This document shows, one piece after another, positions 17,651 through 27,712 of a DNA stretch of 64,000 nt. Numbering within the stretch: the stretch's first letter is position 1; every line of letters begins with the position of its first letter. The notes under the pieces were generated by a model. The model saw only the letters and a program-made list of their open reading frames with translations. It did no database searches and was not told the origin of the DNA. The translations under genes and the position numbers were made by a program. The stretch lies in assembly GCA_965662235.1 (NCBI GenBank), contig CBFIGY010000002.1:192001-256000 (forward strand), written 5' to 3'. This DNA is from an uncultured bacterium. GTDB lineage: Bacteria; SAR324; NAC60-12.

Positions 17651-17679
17651 ATTATCAAACGAATTTACAGTTCTGTCAA
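17651..17679 (-). promoter_or_regulatory. Sigma-70 promoter for the SutA-like gene
   Basis: TTGACA-N17-GATAAT with an AT-rich upstream tract. Confidence 0.7.
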
Positions 17680-17706
17680 TAAAAAAATCAAGGCCTCGAA
17701 TCGTCT

Positions 17707-18762
17707 TCAGTTCCGGTCCAGCGGATGCCGGAAGTGCGCTGGCGGAAACTCCTCCAGTCCAGAAATGTTGGGGTACTCCTTTTCCACCCACTCCAGGGGA
17801 TAGCCGTGCTTGAGACGTCCGACCTCTTCCAGGCGTTCCCAGTGCTCCGGAGGCAGGTTCCACTCTGCCACCGCTAGGGAATCCTGAACGTGTTCCACGG
17901 TCCGGGGGCCAATGATCACGGAGCTGATCCGTTTGTCTCCAAAGAGCCAAGCCAGCGCCACCTGTCCGGGTGTCTTGCCCACCACCCCAGCAATTTCCTT
18001 GAGCGCCTCCACTAGGTCGAAGGCCTGATCGCTGTAGTAACGGGGAATGTCCACATTCTTCCGAAAGGAGATGCGGGACCCCTCTGGAGGCTCCGCGTTC
18101 CGTTCGTACTTGCCACTCAGGAAGCCACTGGCCAGCGGGCTCCAGCAGAGCATGCCCAACCCCTGATCCGCACAGGCCGGAAGGATCTCGCGCTCAATGT
18201 CACGGCGAACGAGGTTGTAAAGGTGCTGGGCGCTGATGAGCCGCTGCCAGCCGTAACGTTCCGCAAGGGCGTTGGCCTTGACGATCTGCCACCCGTAGTA
18301 ATTGCTGCACCCGATGTAACGAACCTTCCCGTCACGGACTAGGTCATCAAGCGCCCGCATGGTTTCCTCCATGGGGGTAAACCAATCGGGGCCATGAATC
18401 TGATACAGGTCAATGTAATCCGTCCCCAGGCGCTTCAGGCTCGCTTCCAGGGCCTCCACAAGGTGCTTGCGGGAAACCCCCTTGGCGTTGGCTCCGGGGC
18501 CCATCCGAAACCAGCCCTTGGTGGCCACCACCAGGTCGTCCCGCCGGTGATGCGCTAGGGCCTTGCCCAGCATGGTTTCCGACATGCCGGCGCTGTACAT
18601 GTCCGCGGTATCCAGAAAGTTCCCGCCCTGCTCCACAAACCTGTCCACAATCTGACTGGCAGCGGCTTGGTCGCACCCCCAGTTCTTCATTCCAAAGGTC
18701 ATGGTGCCCAAGCAAATGCGCGAAACAAGGAGTCCTGAGCGTCCTAAGTACCGGTAGTGCAT
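17707..18762 (-). CDS. Aldo/keto reductase
   Basis: LGRSGLLVSRICLGTMTFG, DTADMY, SLKRLGTDYIDLYQIH, WSPLASG. Confidence 0.95.
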   Translation of the reverse strand: MHYRYLGRSGLLVSRICLGTMTFGMKNWGCDQAAASQIVDRFVEQGGNFLDTADMYSAGMSETMLGKALAHHRRDDLVVATKGWFRMGPGANAKGVSRKHLVEALEASLKRLGTDYIDLYQIHGPDWFTPMEETMRALDDLVRDGKVRYIGCSNYYGWQIVKANALAERYGWQRLISAQHLYNLVRRDIEREILPACADQGLGMLCWSPLASGFLSGKYERNAEPPEGSRISFRKNVDIPRYYSDQAFDLVEALKEIAGVVGKTPGQVALAWLFGDKRISSVIIGPRTVEHVQDSLAVAEWNLPPEHWERLEEVGRLKHGYPLEWVEKEYPNISGLEEFPPAHFRHPLDRN

Positions 18763-18987
18763 GATGCGGCCTGTCTTCCAACGTTATCGAGTTCAGCAAA
18801 GGTGTGCTGCAGTGAGATGAACGCAGGATGCCGAAGACCGGGACAGAGGTCAATCTTTCATTTTCTGGCTGCAATTTCAGAGAAAATACCTTTAATTGGA
18901 ATTTTTCTCCAGCGGACCCTTGATCTTTTCCTGAAAAACCGACACTTTTTGTCAAAATTGAAACTTCCTCTGGCCACTGAGGTGCCT

Positions 18988-20532
18988 ATGTTTCCCCCTC
19001 TTTCTGCTGACCGCTTCTCCGACGAACCCAAGGCGTCCGGAGACTTTGTGGGCTCCGAGATCGCTCGGTTGGGCAAGAAGCGTCCTTCCCTGAAGACGCT
19101 CTTCTCATTGATTGAGTTCTCCGGGACGCCTGTGATGGTCACCCGCCTGCACGATGGTCAGGTGCTCTATGCCAACGAAGCGATGGGGGAGTTGGCTCAG
19201 ACAACGTCTGCAGAACTGGTGGGGCAGCTGGCGCCCAACCTCTATCAGCGGGCTGAAGACCGCCAGCAACTGCTTGAGAAGCTTCAGGCGGAGGGCCGGT
19301 TTCGCAACTACCGGATTGACGTGCGGGGGCTTCAGGGGCGCGAGTTTACCGTCCTCTGCAACGCCGAGCGGATTGACCTCTTTGGCGAGGAGGCCATTCT
19401 CAACACCTACGTTGACATCAGCGAAGTCCAGCGTGAGCTGTTCCGTCAGCAGCAGTTTCACCTGCTGGCAGCGTCGTTCCTCGGAATCGGCTATGGCGTC
19501 TACGACGTCCAGAGTGGCCAGATGACCATTGATGAGAGCGTCCGGGAGATGCTGGAGTTGGGGGCTGAAGAGGTTTTTTCGGTGGAGCACTTCCTGGAGC
19601 GGATGCCTGAGGCCAACCGGGAGTTTGCTTCCCGACGCATTGAGCAGACCCTGGAACGGCTGATGTCCGGAAAGTTTACCCGAGAGGAGTACCTGCTTCA
19701 CCTTCCCAGTGGCACGCAGCGCATCATCCGCATCAGCTCCCTGCCCGTTGAGGACACTGAGCCTTGGATTGTCCACTTCTTCCAAGACATCACGGACCGT
19801 GAGTTCACACGCCGCAAGGCCCGTCAGAAGGACCGCCTCGCCTCGCTGGGGCAGTTCACGGCAGAGATTGTTCACGACCTGCGCTCTCCGCTGGCCACCC
19901 TTTCGCTGAACACGGAGGCTCTGTATCGGCTGGCCAGGCAGGCTTCTCCCACCAAGGCCCAGTGGCTCTATGAGAACTCACAGCAGTCGGTGCAGCGCGC
20001 GGCCAAGCTGCTGAACCGCACCCTTGAGCAGACCCGACAGGGGGAAAACATGGCCTCGGTGAAACTGAGTGCCGAAGTGGATCGGGTGCTGGAATTCCTC
20101 CAGACCTTCTTGATGAAGCGGCGCATCCCGATTCAACGGCACCTGGAGAACATTACAGAGGCCGAAGAGCCCGAACTGCAGGTCAATCCCGTTTTGCTGC
20201 AGCAGTGCCTGCAGAACCTGATCACCAACGCGGTTCAGGCAACCATTCCGGTGATCAACTCCGGCACCGCCCCAGAGAAGGCGCCCATTGATCTGGTGCT
20301 GACGCTCAAAAAGGGCTTCATGAAGCTGGAGGTGCTGGACTGCGGCGTTGGCATTGAGGAACAGGACCTGCCGCACATCTTTGATGAGTTCTACACCACA
20401 CGCTCAGACGGCAACGGCATCGGGCTGCCCCTCTCCCGGAGGATCGCAGAGGAGCACGGAGGTTACCTGGAAGCCCTCAACCGGGCAGATCGCACGGGCG
20501 CCCGCCTGGTCCTCCAACTTCCTATCGACTGA
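18988..20532 (+). CDS. PAS-domain sensor histidine kinase (orphan, cytoplasmic)
   Basis: PAS (YANEA), H-box VHDLRSPL, N-box NLITNA, G1 DCGVG, F-box FYTT, G2 GNGIGL. Start at ATG 18988 after GAGGTG. Confidence 0.9.
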   Translation: MFPPLSADRFSDEPKASGDFVGSEIARLGKKRPSLKTLFSLIEFSGTPVMVTRLHDGQVLYANEAMGELAQTTSAELVGQLAPNLYQRAEDRQQLLEKLQAEGRFRNYRIDVRGLQGREFTVLCNAERIDLFGEEAILNTYVDISEVQRELFRQQQFHLLAASFLGIGYGVYDVQSGQMTIDESVREMLELGAEEVFSVEHFLERMPEANREFASRRIEQTLERLMSGKFTREEYLLHLPSGTQRIIRISSLPVEDTEPWIVHFFQDITDREFTRRKARQKDRLASLGQFTAEIVHDLRSPLATLSLNTEALYRLARQASPTKAQWLYENSQQSVQRAAKLLNRTLEQTRQGENMASVKLSAEVDRVLEFLQTFLMKRRIPIQRHLENITEAEEPELQVNPVLLQQCLQNLITNAVQATIPVINSGTAPEKAPIDLVLTLKKGFMKLEVLDCGVGIEEQDLPHIFDEFYTTRSDGNGIGLPLSRRIAEEHGGYLEALNRADRTGARLVLQLPID

Positions 20533-20568
20533 AGCCACGTGTCCGGACGCTGTGGTCCGGACGTCAGC

Positions 20569-21411
20569 TTACTCTCCCTTCACAAAACGCTGAAACGCCT
20601 CGGCATGGTCCGGATGCCAACGAGAGAGCGGAGGACGGTTCTCAATCAGGTCGCCCATCGCCCAGGCCATCCGCTTTTCATCCAGCTCACGGGTGACTTC
20701 GTTGTCAGGACAGAGGATGTAGAAGTCCCCCTCATCCAGGCGCTCAAAGAGGAACTCGGCGGTCTGTTCCGGAGTCCACGCACCAGCGGGTTTTTCCGTC
20801 CGGTCGTGTCGCGTGAGGTCGGTAAAGACAAACCCGGGAATGAGCAGATGGGCGGTGAGCTGATGCCGAGCGGTGTTGCGCAGCTCGTACGCCAGCGCCT
20901 CGGTAAAGGTCTTCACACCGCTCTTACTGACGTTGTAGGCCGGGTCACCAGGAGGCGTGGTGATGCCCTGCTTCGACCCCGTGTTGATGACCAGCCCCGG
21001 CCGAGCCCGCTCGATCATGCGGGGAAGGAAGACCTGGGTGCCGTGGACCATGCCTCCCAAGTTGACCGCAAGGATGCGGACCCAGTTTTCCGGATCCTCG
21101 AGCAGTGTGCTTCCGGGCTGAATGCCAGCGTTGTTCATGAGGATGTCGGTGCCGCCCCACTTTTCGGCAACCTCCACCTCTAGGTCAATCAACGCGTTGC
21201 GGTTTGACACATCAAGCGTTCGGGCTAGGACGTCTGCCGCACCGGCTTCCCGTACCTGCGCCGCTGCCGCCTCAAGCTCAGGGGCCCGGATATCCACGAG
21301 GACAATCCTCATCTGCAGGGCGGCCAGCTTCATGGCGGTGGCCAGTCCAATGCCGGAAGCGCCTCCGGTAATCACCGCGACCGAGTGCTCGGTAAGGGCG
21401 GGATGCTTCAT
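20569..21411 (-). CDS. Short-chain dehydrogenase/reductase
   Basis: TGGASGIG, NNAG, YNVSK. Confidence 0.92.
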   Translation of the reverse strand: MKHPALTEHSVAVITGGASGIGLATAMKLAALQMRIVLVDIRAPELEAAAAQVREAGAADVLARTLDVSNRNALIDLEVEVAEKWGGTDILMNNAGIQPGSTLLEDPENWVRILAVNLGGMVHGTQVFLPRMIERARPGLVINTGSKQGITTPPGDPAYNVSKSGVKTFTEALAYELRNTARHQLTAHLLIPGFVFTDLTRHDRTEKPAGAWTPEQTAEFLFERLDEGDFYILCPDNEVTRELDEKRMAWAMGDLIENRPPLSRWHPDHAEAFQRFVKGE

Positions 21412-21470
21412 GGTTGAGTCTCCTTCTGAGGTGAAAACAGAGAGCGGAACCCGTGGGTTCCAGAGGCCAT

Positions 21471-22082
21471 TCAGAGGGTTCGTAAGCAGTACACCACTCT
21501 ACCAATGACCGAGATCGGTGTGCTGGTGGAAGCGTCAAAGACCATCTCCTGGTAAGCCGGATTCTCAGAGATCACCCGGAGGGTCTGAGTGTCGGCCTTC
21601 CACTGCGTTTTCTTGAAAAAGACCATGCCGTCCACATTGAGGACGTAGTAACCATCTCCGGGCTTGTGCTTGGTGTGATCGAGGATGATCAGGTCACCAG
21701 AACGGGCAACCGGCTCCATCGAGTCCCCTTCAATCCGCAAACCTGAAAGCGACTGCGGGGCCACCCGGAGCTTCTGCTCAATCCAAGCGCTCGGCAGAGG
21801 AACCTGCTCCACCACGGCACACTGGTCTAGGTTGAAGGCGCCACTTCCGGCAGACGCGGTGACCTCATAGATCGGGATCATCCGGATGGCATCAGCCTCG
21901 TCCCGCATCTGCGCCGGCCCATAGAGCAGTTGCTCCAGGAGCAGCGATGTCGCCTTGTCGATCGGCGCCCGGCCATTCATCCAGCGACTGATCGTCACCC
22001 GGTTCCGGCCAATGCGCTGCGCCAGTTCATCCTGGGTCCAGCTGAGTTCAATCAGACGCTTCTTGATCTGTTCCGGTTGCAT
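21471..22082 (-). CDS. XRE-HTH plus S24 peptidase repressor (CI/LexA-like)
   Basis: WTQDELAQRIGRNRVTISRWMNG HTH, Ala-Gly site TASAG, catalytic S in GDSMEP and K in FFKK. Confidence 0.9.
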   Translation of the reverse strand: MQPEQIKKRLIELSWTQDELAQRIGRNRVTISRWMNGRAPIDKATSLLLEQLLYGPAQMRDEADAIRMIPIYEVTASAGSGAFNLDQCAVVEQVPLPSAWIEQKLRVAPQSLSGLRIEGDSMEPVARSGDLIILDHTKHKPGDGYYVLNVDGMVFFKKTQWKADTQTLRVISENPAYQEMVFDASTSTPISVIGRVVYCLRTL

Positions 22083-22104
22083 TCCCGTTCCGTAAATTAT
22101 CGTA

Positions 22105-22141
22105 TTGACTCAATGTAGCCTTAAAGCTACAGTAACGTCAC
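22105..22141. promoter_or_regulatory. Overlapping divergent sigma-70-like promoters with an 18-bp palindromic operator
   Basis: + strand TTGACT-N17-TACAGT (22105-22133); - strand GTGACG-N18-TACATT; palindrome TGTAGCCTTAAAGCTACA (22114-22131). Confidence 0.65.
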
Positions 22142-22281
22142 TTTTTGCTTCATCGCCGATCAATCTACCACAGATCCGAGGGAGCACAAGCACAACGGTG
22201 CCGTCCGGAGCCGATGCGCCAACTGGCCGCTGGCCTCAGTTCGAAAATCGTTTCGTGGAAGACTCGACCCAAAAGGACCCA

Positions 22282-22431
22282 ATGATTCGCAGTGAAGTTA
22301 TTGTACGAGCGCTGAGAGAAAGCCGCAACCAACGGAATCACTTGGCAGAAGTTGGACGTGCCCCCGGGCTGAAGGGCTGGTGGCTGCGTTTGATCTACTC
22401 TCGTCGCTTGAGCACGTTGGAGCTTCCCTGA
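22282..22431 (+). CDS. Possible 49-aa basic peptide divergent from the repressor
   Basis: AAAAGGA RBS before the ATG; MIRSEVIVRALRESRNQ...WWLRLIYSRRL. Confidence 0.35.
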   Translation: MIRSEVIVRALRESRNQRNHLAEVGRAPGLKGWWLRLIYSRRLSTLELP

Positions 22432-22649
22432 GCGACGTGGCTTCATTGGCCTGACCGCCTGACGGTGAGGCCTTCCTTCCTCCTTTTCTCTTTCCTCACA
22501 AGCCCTCCCGCGGGCGGGTTTCCCATAGGCCTCTTCCGGAAAATCTGCTAACCTGTTGCCCTGCATCAAATCGCTCCAGCTCCCCGTTTCCTCGGATTCC
22601 GCCGCACGTGCCGAGGGCTTTCAAGGAGCGGCAACACGAAGAGGCCCCT

Positions 22650-23495
22650 GTGACTGACATCATCCAACCCTTCTGGGCTGATCACTCCACGACTCTGGTG
22701 AGCGTGGGCTACAAAGCACTCCTGAGCCTGATCATTCTGGCCGTCAGTCTGCTGGTGGGAAAGGGCGTCAAGCAGGTCATCCTCCGGACCAGTCACCGCT
22801 TGGCGAAGGTGGATGCGACGCTGGTGCCCGTACTCTGCACCACAGCAGCGTATGCGGTTTACACGATCGGTGCTGTCTTCATCCTCGACATTTTCGGCGT
22901 CAACACAGCCAGCATCATCACCCTCCTGGGAGCCGCTGGTCTTGCCATTGGCCTGGCTCTGAAGGACACCCTGAGCAACATCGCTGCCGGCATCATGCTG
23001 CTGCTGCTGCGCCCCTTCCGGGCTGGAGACTTTGTGGAGTGTGGTTCCATCACAGGGTCCGTGGCCGAAATCAACCTCTTCACCACCATCCTAGAGACCG
23101 CAGACGGCCTCTACGTGGCGTCTCCCAACAGCCTCGTCTGGGGCAACACCATCACCAACTTTACCCGGAATGGCAAGCGACGCATGGACCTTGTGGTAGG
23201 AATCGCCTATTCCGATTCCATTGAGGCCGGACTCGCTGTGCTCCGGCACATTGCTGAAACGGAGCCTCGCTTCCTGAAGGAACCCGCCCCACAGGTGATG
23301 GTGCTTTCTCTGGGAGACAGTTCCGTGAATCTGCAGCTCAGGGGATGGGCCACTACGGAGGACTACTGGAAGGCGTTCTGGGACCTGAACCAACGGGTCA
23401 AGGAGGAGATTGAACAGGCCGGGCTGACCATTCCGTTTCCGCAACGAGACCTGCACCTCCCTGCCGGCGTACTGCCCGGAGCCCCCCGGACGTGA
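22650..23495 (+). CDS. mscS: Small-conductance mechanosensitive channel
   Basis: LGAAGLAIGLALKDTLSNIAAG, RPFRAGD, PFPQRD. Confidence 0.9.
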   Translation: MTDIIQPFWADHSTTLVSVGYKALLSLIILAVSLLVGKGVKQVILRTSHRLAKVDATLVPVLCTTAAYAVYTIGAVFILDIFGVNTASIITLLGAAGLAIGLALKDTLSNIAAGIMLLLLRPFRAGDFVECGSITGSVAEINLFTTILETADGLYVASPNSLVWGNTITNFTRNGKRRMDLVVGIAYSDSIEAGLAVLRHIAETEPRFLKEPAPQVMVLSLGDSSVNLQLRGWATTEDYWKAFWDLNQRVKEEIEQAGLTIPFPQRDLHLPAGVLPGAPRT

Positions 23496-23563
23496 TGAAG
23501 CCGCTGCTCCAGAATCCGGTTACGACTCTTATCGCTTGAAGAGAGGCCGCTTTGAAAGGCGTG

Positions 23564-24907
23564 CTAGGCCCGCGAGGTTTGTTCAGGAAGGATGCCCCGG
23601 GGGCTGAAACGGAGGACCAGCAGCAGCAGCAGGCCCATGACCACCATCCGCATGTGCGGAGCCGCATCCAGCAGATGCTGCCGAAGGGGGTTGTCGTCAC
23701 TGAGAGTTCCTGCCAAACCTCCCATGGCCCAAAGGCCGACGGGCTCCGCCTCCACCCAGAAGAACCAGGTGATGAAGCCACCGATGACAGCACCCAGGTT
23801 GGAGCCCCCTCCCCCAATGATCACCATGACCCAGATCAGGAAGGTGTAACGGAGCGGGTTGTAACCTCCGGGGGTGAACTGTCCATCCAGCGTGGTCAGC
23901 ATCGCACCGGCAATGCCAATCACCGCAGAGCCAATGATGAACACTTCCCGGTGCCGACGCACCACGTCCTTCCCCATCGCGGAGGCCGCCACTTCGTTGT
24001 CCCGGATGGCCCGCATCATTCGCCCCCACGGCGAGTTCAAAGCCCGTACGGCCAACCCGAGGATCGCCAGCAGCACCACTAGGAACAGTCCGGAGTAGCA
24101 GAGTTTCACAAAGACACCGGAGGCCGTGACCAGCGCCTCTGAAAGCACCTCCGGGTCCTCGATGCCCTGCCACCAAGCGACTAGGCTGGCAAACCACTCT
24201 GCCTGCTGCAGATCCAGTTCATACGGCACCGGACGATCCAGGCCGGAGACGTTCTTCACGCCGCGGGTCAACCAGTCTTCGTTTTTCAGAACCGAGATGA
24301 CAATCTCTGAAATGCCGAGGGTGGCGATGGCAAAGTAGTCAGAACGAAGGCCCAGCGCAATTCGTCCCACCAGCCAAGCAAGCGCGGCCGCCGTCAGTCC
24401 TCCAGCCAGCCAGGAGGTCAGGATCGGGAGACCAAGCCCTCCCAGGAATCCGGTTTTCCCCGGGTCCACCCGTTCAATGGCCCGGACGGCTTCATCAAAA
24501 AAACTGCGGATGAACCAAAGTCCCAACAGGAGAACCACGGTCACACCCAAGTTCCGGAGCCTTCCCGCTGGAAACGAACGACGAACCAGCCAGACTCCCA
24601 AAATCGTTCCCAGCACCCCGATGACACTGAGGGCCAAACCCGTGGCTCCCACCGACCATGCCTCGCCAACCGGAGAGTAGGAAACCAGCACGGCCGTTGC
24701 TCCTCCAACCGCGGTTGAAGCCATCACTCCGGCATTAAAGAGTCCGGCGTAGCCCCACTGGATGTTCAGGCCCAACGCCATCAACGCCGAGATGAAGCAG
24801 AGGTTCAAGATGGCCAGCGCGACGTTCCAGGATTGCCCCACGCCTACCCAGAGCAGCAGCAGGCCCATGATGAAAAAGCTCAACCAGGCCCGGACGGAGT
24901 AACTCAC
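23564..24907 (-). CDS. livM: Branched-chain amino acid ABC permease (LivM-like)
   Basis: GLNIQWGYAG, LRSDYFAIATLG, SPWGRMMRAIRDNE. The GTG start overlaps the upstream stop. Confidence 0.85.
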   Translation of the reverse strand: MSYSVRAWLSFFIMGLLLLWVGVGQSWNVALAILNLCFISALMALGLNIQWGYAGLFNAGVMASTAVGGATAVLVSYSPVGEAWSVGATGLALSVIGVLGTILGVWLVRRSFPAGRLRNLGVTVVLLLGLWFIRSFFDEAVRAIERVDPGKTGFLGGLGLPILTSWLAGGLTAAALAWLVGRIALGLRSDYFAIATLGISEIVISVLKNEDWLTRGVKNVSGLDRPVPYELDLQQAEWFASLVAWWQGIEDPEVLSEALVTASGVFVKLCYSGLFLVVLLAILGLAVRALNSPWGRMMRAIRDNEVAASAMGKDVVRRHREVFIIGSAVIGIAGAMLTTLDGQFTPGGYNPLRYTFLIWVMVIIGGGGSNLGAVIGGFITWFFWVEAEPVGLWAMGGLAGTLSDDNPLRQHLLDAAPHMRMVVMGLLLLLVLRFSPRGILPEQTSRA

Positions 24908-25914
24908 AGAACCCTCCCACGCAGCAGCCCTGTGGGACGGACCAGCAGGACCACCACCAGGATGATGAAGGAGACCGCAAACTTGTACTCGGTCGAAAGG
25001 AACTGCACGAGGCCTTCCGGAGCCCATGCTTCTGGGACAAGGTAGCCAAGGAATTTCTTGTACGCGTAAGTGGCCATCACCTCAGAGAATGCCACAATGA
25101 ATCCTCCTAAGATCGCCCCAATCGGTTCCCCAATGCCGCCAACAATGGCCGCCGCAAAGATCGGGAGCAGGAGGTGGAAGTACACCAGCGGCTTGTAGCT
25201 CTTGTCTAGGCCGTACAGCACGGCAGCTAGGGTGGCCAGCACCGAGGCGATCGCCCAGGCGGTCAGGACCACACGTTCCGGGTTGATGCCAGAAAGCAGG
25301 GCTAGGTCCTCATTGTCCGAAAAGGCTCGCATCGCCTGCCCCATCCGGGTCTTCTGCAGAAACCAGAACAGCGCCAGCACTGCCACCAGAGCCAAGAGGA
25401 CCGTGATCACCTGATTCTGCTTGATCACCAACGCCTCGCCCAGCCCGGTCATCTGCTTGAACTCCCGGGCCTTGATGAGGAACTTGTTGCCATCAGAGAA
25501 GACGATCTCATCGGTTCCAATGAAGAGCCGAACGAGTCCGTTCATGACAAACATCACCCCCACTGAGGCAATGACGAGAATGACAGGCTTGGCCTTGCGC
25601 TGGCGGTAGAAGCGAAACACGGAGCGTTCCACCCCAAGGGAAAAGAGAACCGTTGCGCCCATTCCCACCGGAAGCGCAAGCAGCGCTGTCGGAAGTGGGT
25701 CGATGCTCCAGCCCAGGGACTGAAACCACCAGGTGACGTAGATGGTAATCATTCCTCCGAAGGCCATCAGTTCGCCGTGCGCAAAGTTGGCAAAACGGAG
25801 GATGCCAAAGATGAGGGTGACGCCTACGGCGCCTAAGGCAAGCTGTGCCCCGTAGGAAAGAGCAGGGATGAAGACGAAGTTGGCAAACAGCACCACGGCG
25901 TTGAGGATTTCCAT
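24904..25914 (-). CDS. livH: Branched-chain amino acid ABC permease (LivH-like)
   Basis: ANFAHGE, TRMGQAMRA, FAAAIVGGIG, RPTGL. Confidence 0.88.
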   Translation of the reverse strand: MEILNAVVLFANFVFIPALSYGAQLALGAVGVTLIFGILRFANFAHGELMAFGGMITIYVTWWFQSLGWSIDPLPTALLALPVGMGATVLFSLGVERSVFRFYRQRKAKPVILVIASVGVMFVMNGLVRLFIGTDEIVFSDGNKFLIKAREFKQMTGLGEALVIKQNQVITVLLALVAVLALFWFLQKTRMGQAMRAFSDNEDLALLSGINPERVVLTAWAIASVLATLAAVLYGLDKSYKPLVYFHLLLPIFAAAIVGGIGEPIGAILGGFIVAFSEVMATYAYKKFLGYLVPEAWAPEGLVQFLSTEYKFAVSFIILVVVLLVRPTGLLRGRVL

Positions 25915-26618
25915 TACCCTCCCAAAAAGGTACGGCGGACCTCCGGATCAGCGAGCAAGGCGGCGCCGGTGTCCGTGAAGCGGTTTTCTCCGGTGACCAA
26001 CACGTAGCCACGGTCCGCAATTTCCAGGGCCTGCCGGGCGTTCTGTTCCACCATGAGGACGGCGATTCCGGCCTGCTTGACCTCGAGGATGCGGTCGAAG
26101 AGCTCATCCATGACAATTGGCGACACGCCAGCCGTTGGTTCATCCAACAGCAGCACCTGCGGACGGGTCATGAGTGCACGCCCCACGGCCACCTGCTGAC
26201 GCTGTCCTCCGGAAAGCTCACCGGCAGGCTGCTGCTGCTTCTCCCGGAGAATCGGGAAGAGGCCATACACCTGTTCCATCGTTTCCTCAATGCCGTCTCG
26301 ACGTAGGTGGGCGCCGATCCTCAGGTTTTCTTCAACGGTCATGGAGGGGAACACATTCTGAGTCTGGGGGACAAACGCGAGCCCATGCTTCACTCGCTCT
26401 TGCGGCGTGAGGTGGCTGATGTCGGTTCCGTTGAGCCGCACCTGCCCCTTGCGCAGCTTCAGCAGTCCCAGCAGGGCCTTCATCGCGGTGGACTTCCCGG
26501 CGCCGTTGGGTCCCACAATGACGGCAACCTCGCCCTGATCGACACCAACGGTGCAGCCGTTGAGGATGTCTGCGGCGCCATAACCGCCGACCATTGCTTC
26601 TCCAATCAGGAAGCTCAT
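25914..26618 (-). CDS. livF: ABC ATPase (LivF-like)
   Basis: GPNGAGKST, LSGGQRQ, LLLDEPT, VEQNA. Confidence 0.9.
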   Translation of the reverse strand: MSFLIGEAMVGGYGAADILNGCTVGVDQGEVAVIVGPNGAGKSTAMKALLGLLKLRKGQVRLNGTDISHLTPQERVKHGLAFVPQTQNVFPSMTVEENLRIGAHLRRDGIEETMEQVYGLFPILREKQQQPAGELSGGQRQQVAVGRALMTRPQVLLLDEPTAGVSPIVMDELFDRILEVKQAGIAVLMVEQNARQALEIADRGYVLVTGENRFTDTGAALLADPEVRRTFLGG

Positions 26619-27397
26619 GCGGGCTCCTTGGGCTTGTTCTTCAATCCCGTCCCCAAGTAGGCTTCGATCACGTCTTCGTTGTTCCGGACCTCGGTGGGGG
26701 TACCTTGTGTGAGGACCTTGCCTTCTGCCATGACCACCACCGGATTGCAGAGCCGACTGATGAAGTCGATGTCGTGCTCAATCATGCAAAACGTGTAGCC
26801 CCGCTCCTGGTTGAGCTTGAGGATCGCGTCTCCAATCTCATTGAGTAGGGTCCGGTTGACGCCGGCGCCGACTTCGTCCAGCACCACCATCTTGGCATCG
26901 ACCATCATCGTCCGTCCTAGCTCAAGCAGTTTTTTTTGTCCGCCTGAAAGGTTCCCGGCCAGTTCGTGGGCCACGTGATTGAGGTTGAGAAACTCAATGA
27001 CCTCCTCGGCACGTTGCTGCAGTTTTTTCTCCTGCTGCGCCACCTCCTGACGCTGGAACCAGGCTCCGAGGAGGCTTTCCCCGCGCTGTCCTGCCGGCAC
27101 CATCATCAGGTTGTCCAGCACACTGAGGGTGTGGAATTCGTGGGCGATCTGGAAGGTCCGGAGGAGGCCTTTGGAGAACAACTGGTGGGCTTGGAGGCCG
27201 GTAACGTCTTCCCCGTCGAGGAAGATCGAGCCGCTGGTGGGCGGGGTGGCTCCAGCAATCAGGTTGAAGAGGGTCGTCTTGCCGGCGCCGTTGGGGCCAA
27301 TGAGCCCCGTGATGCTGCCGGTTTCAATGGTGAGGGTCACCCCACTGACCGCGTGGACTCCGCCGAAGCGCTTGGTAACGTTTTGGACCGAGATCAC
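26615..27397 (-). CDS. livG: ABC ATPase (LivG-like)
   Basis: GPNGAGKTT, LSGGQKK, IEHD, VIEAYLG. Confidence 0.9.
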   Translation of the reverse strand: MISVQNVTKRFGGVHAVSGVTLTIETGSITGLIGPNGAGKTTLFNLIAGATPPTSGSIFLDGEDVTGLQAHQLFSKGLLRTFQIAHEFHTLSVLDNLMMVPAGQRGESLLGAWFQRQEVAQQEKKLQQRAEEVIEFLNLNHVAHELAGNLSGGQKKLLELGRTMMVDAKMVVLDEVGAGVNRTLLNEIGDAILKLNQERGYTFCMIEHDIDFISRLCNPVVVMAEGKVLTQGTPTEVRNNEDVIEAYLGTGLKNKPKEPA

Positions 27398-27558
27398 AGA
27401 AGCTTGAGGTCGTGCAGGGCGTGTGCGGAAAAGCGAACCATTAGGGCTTCGTCATAAAACGCAAATTTTTAAAGGAGGAGGCCCGCAAAGTCAATCCAAT
27501 TGCGGGCTGGCGGGGGGAAGCGGAAATTGCACTCTGGAACCAGAATCCGAGTTTGGGC

Positions 27559-27586
27559 TTGCCAAATTCTTCTTCACCTTTATAGT
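27559..27586 (+). promoter_or_regulatory. Putative sigma-70 promoter of the act operon
   Basis: TTGCCA-N16-TATAGT. Confidence 0.4.
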
Positions 27587-27712
27587 TTCTCGAGTTTTAT
27601 CCACGGCCTTGTGGTTGCCGGTTTTGCGCAGAGCCCTGAATGGGAATTCAGGTGCCCTCATCCCGCCGGACCAGCCAGGCAAGCCCTTGTTACCAAAACG
27701 CAGGTTTTCCTC

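Noticed and set aside
21000..23500. Prophage around the CI-like gene
   Set aside because: No integrase, replication or structural genes, and the flanks are housekeeping genes.
27500..27712. N-terminal extension of ActA given in the ORF track
   Set aside because: It overlaps the putative promoter, and ATG 27713 gives a proper signal/anchor sequence.
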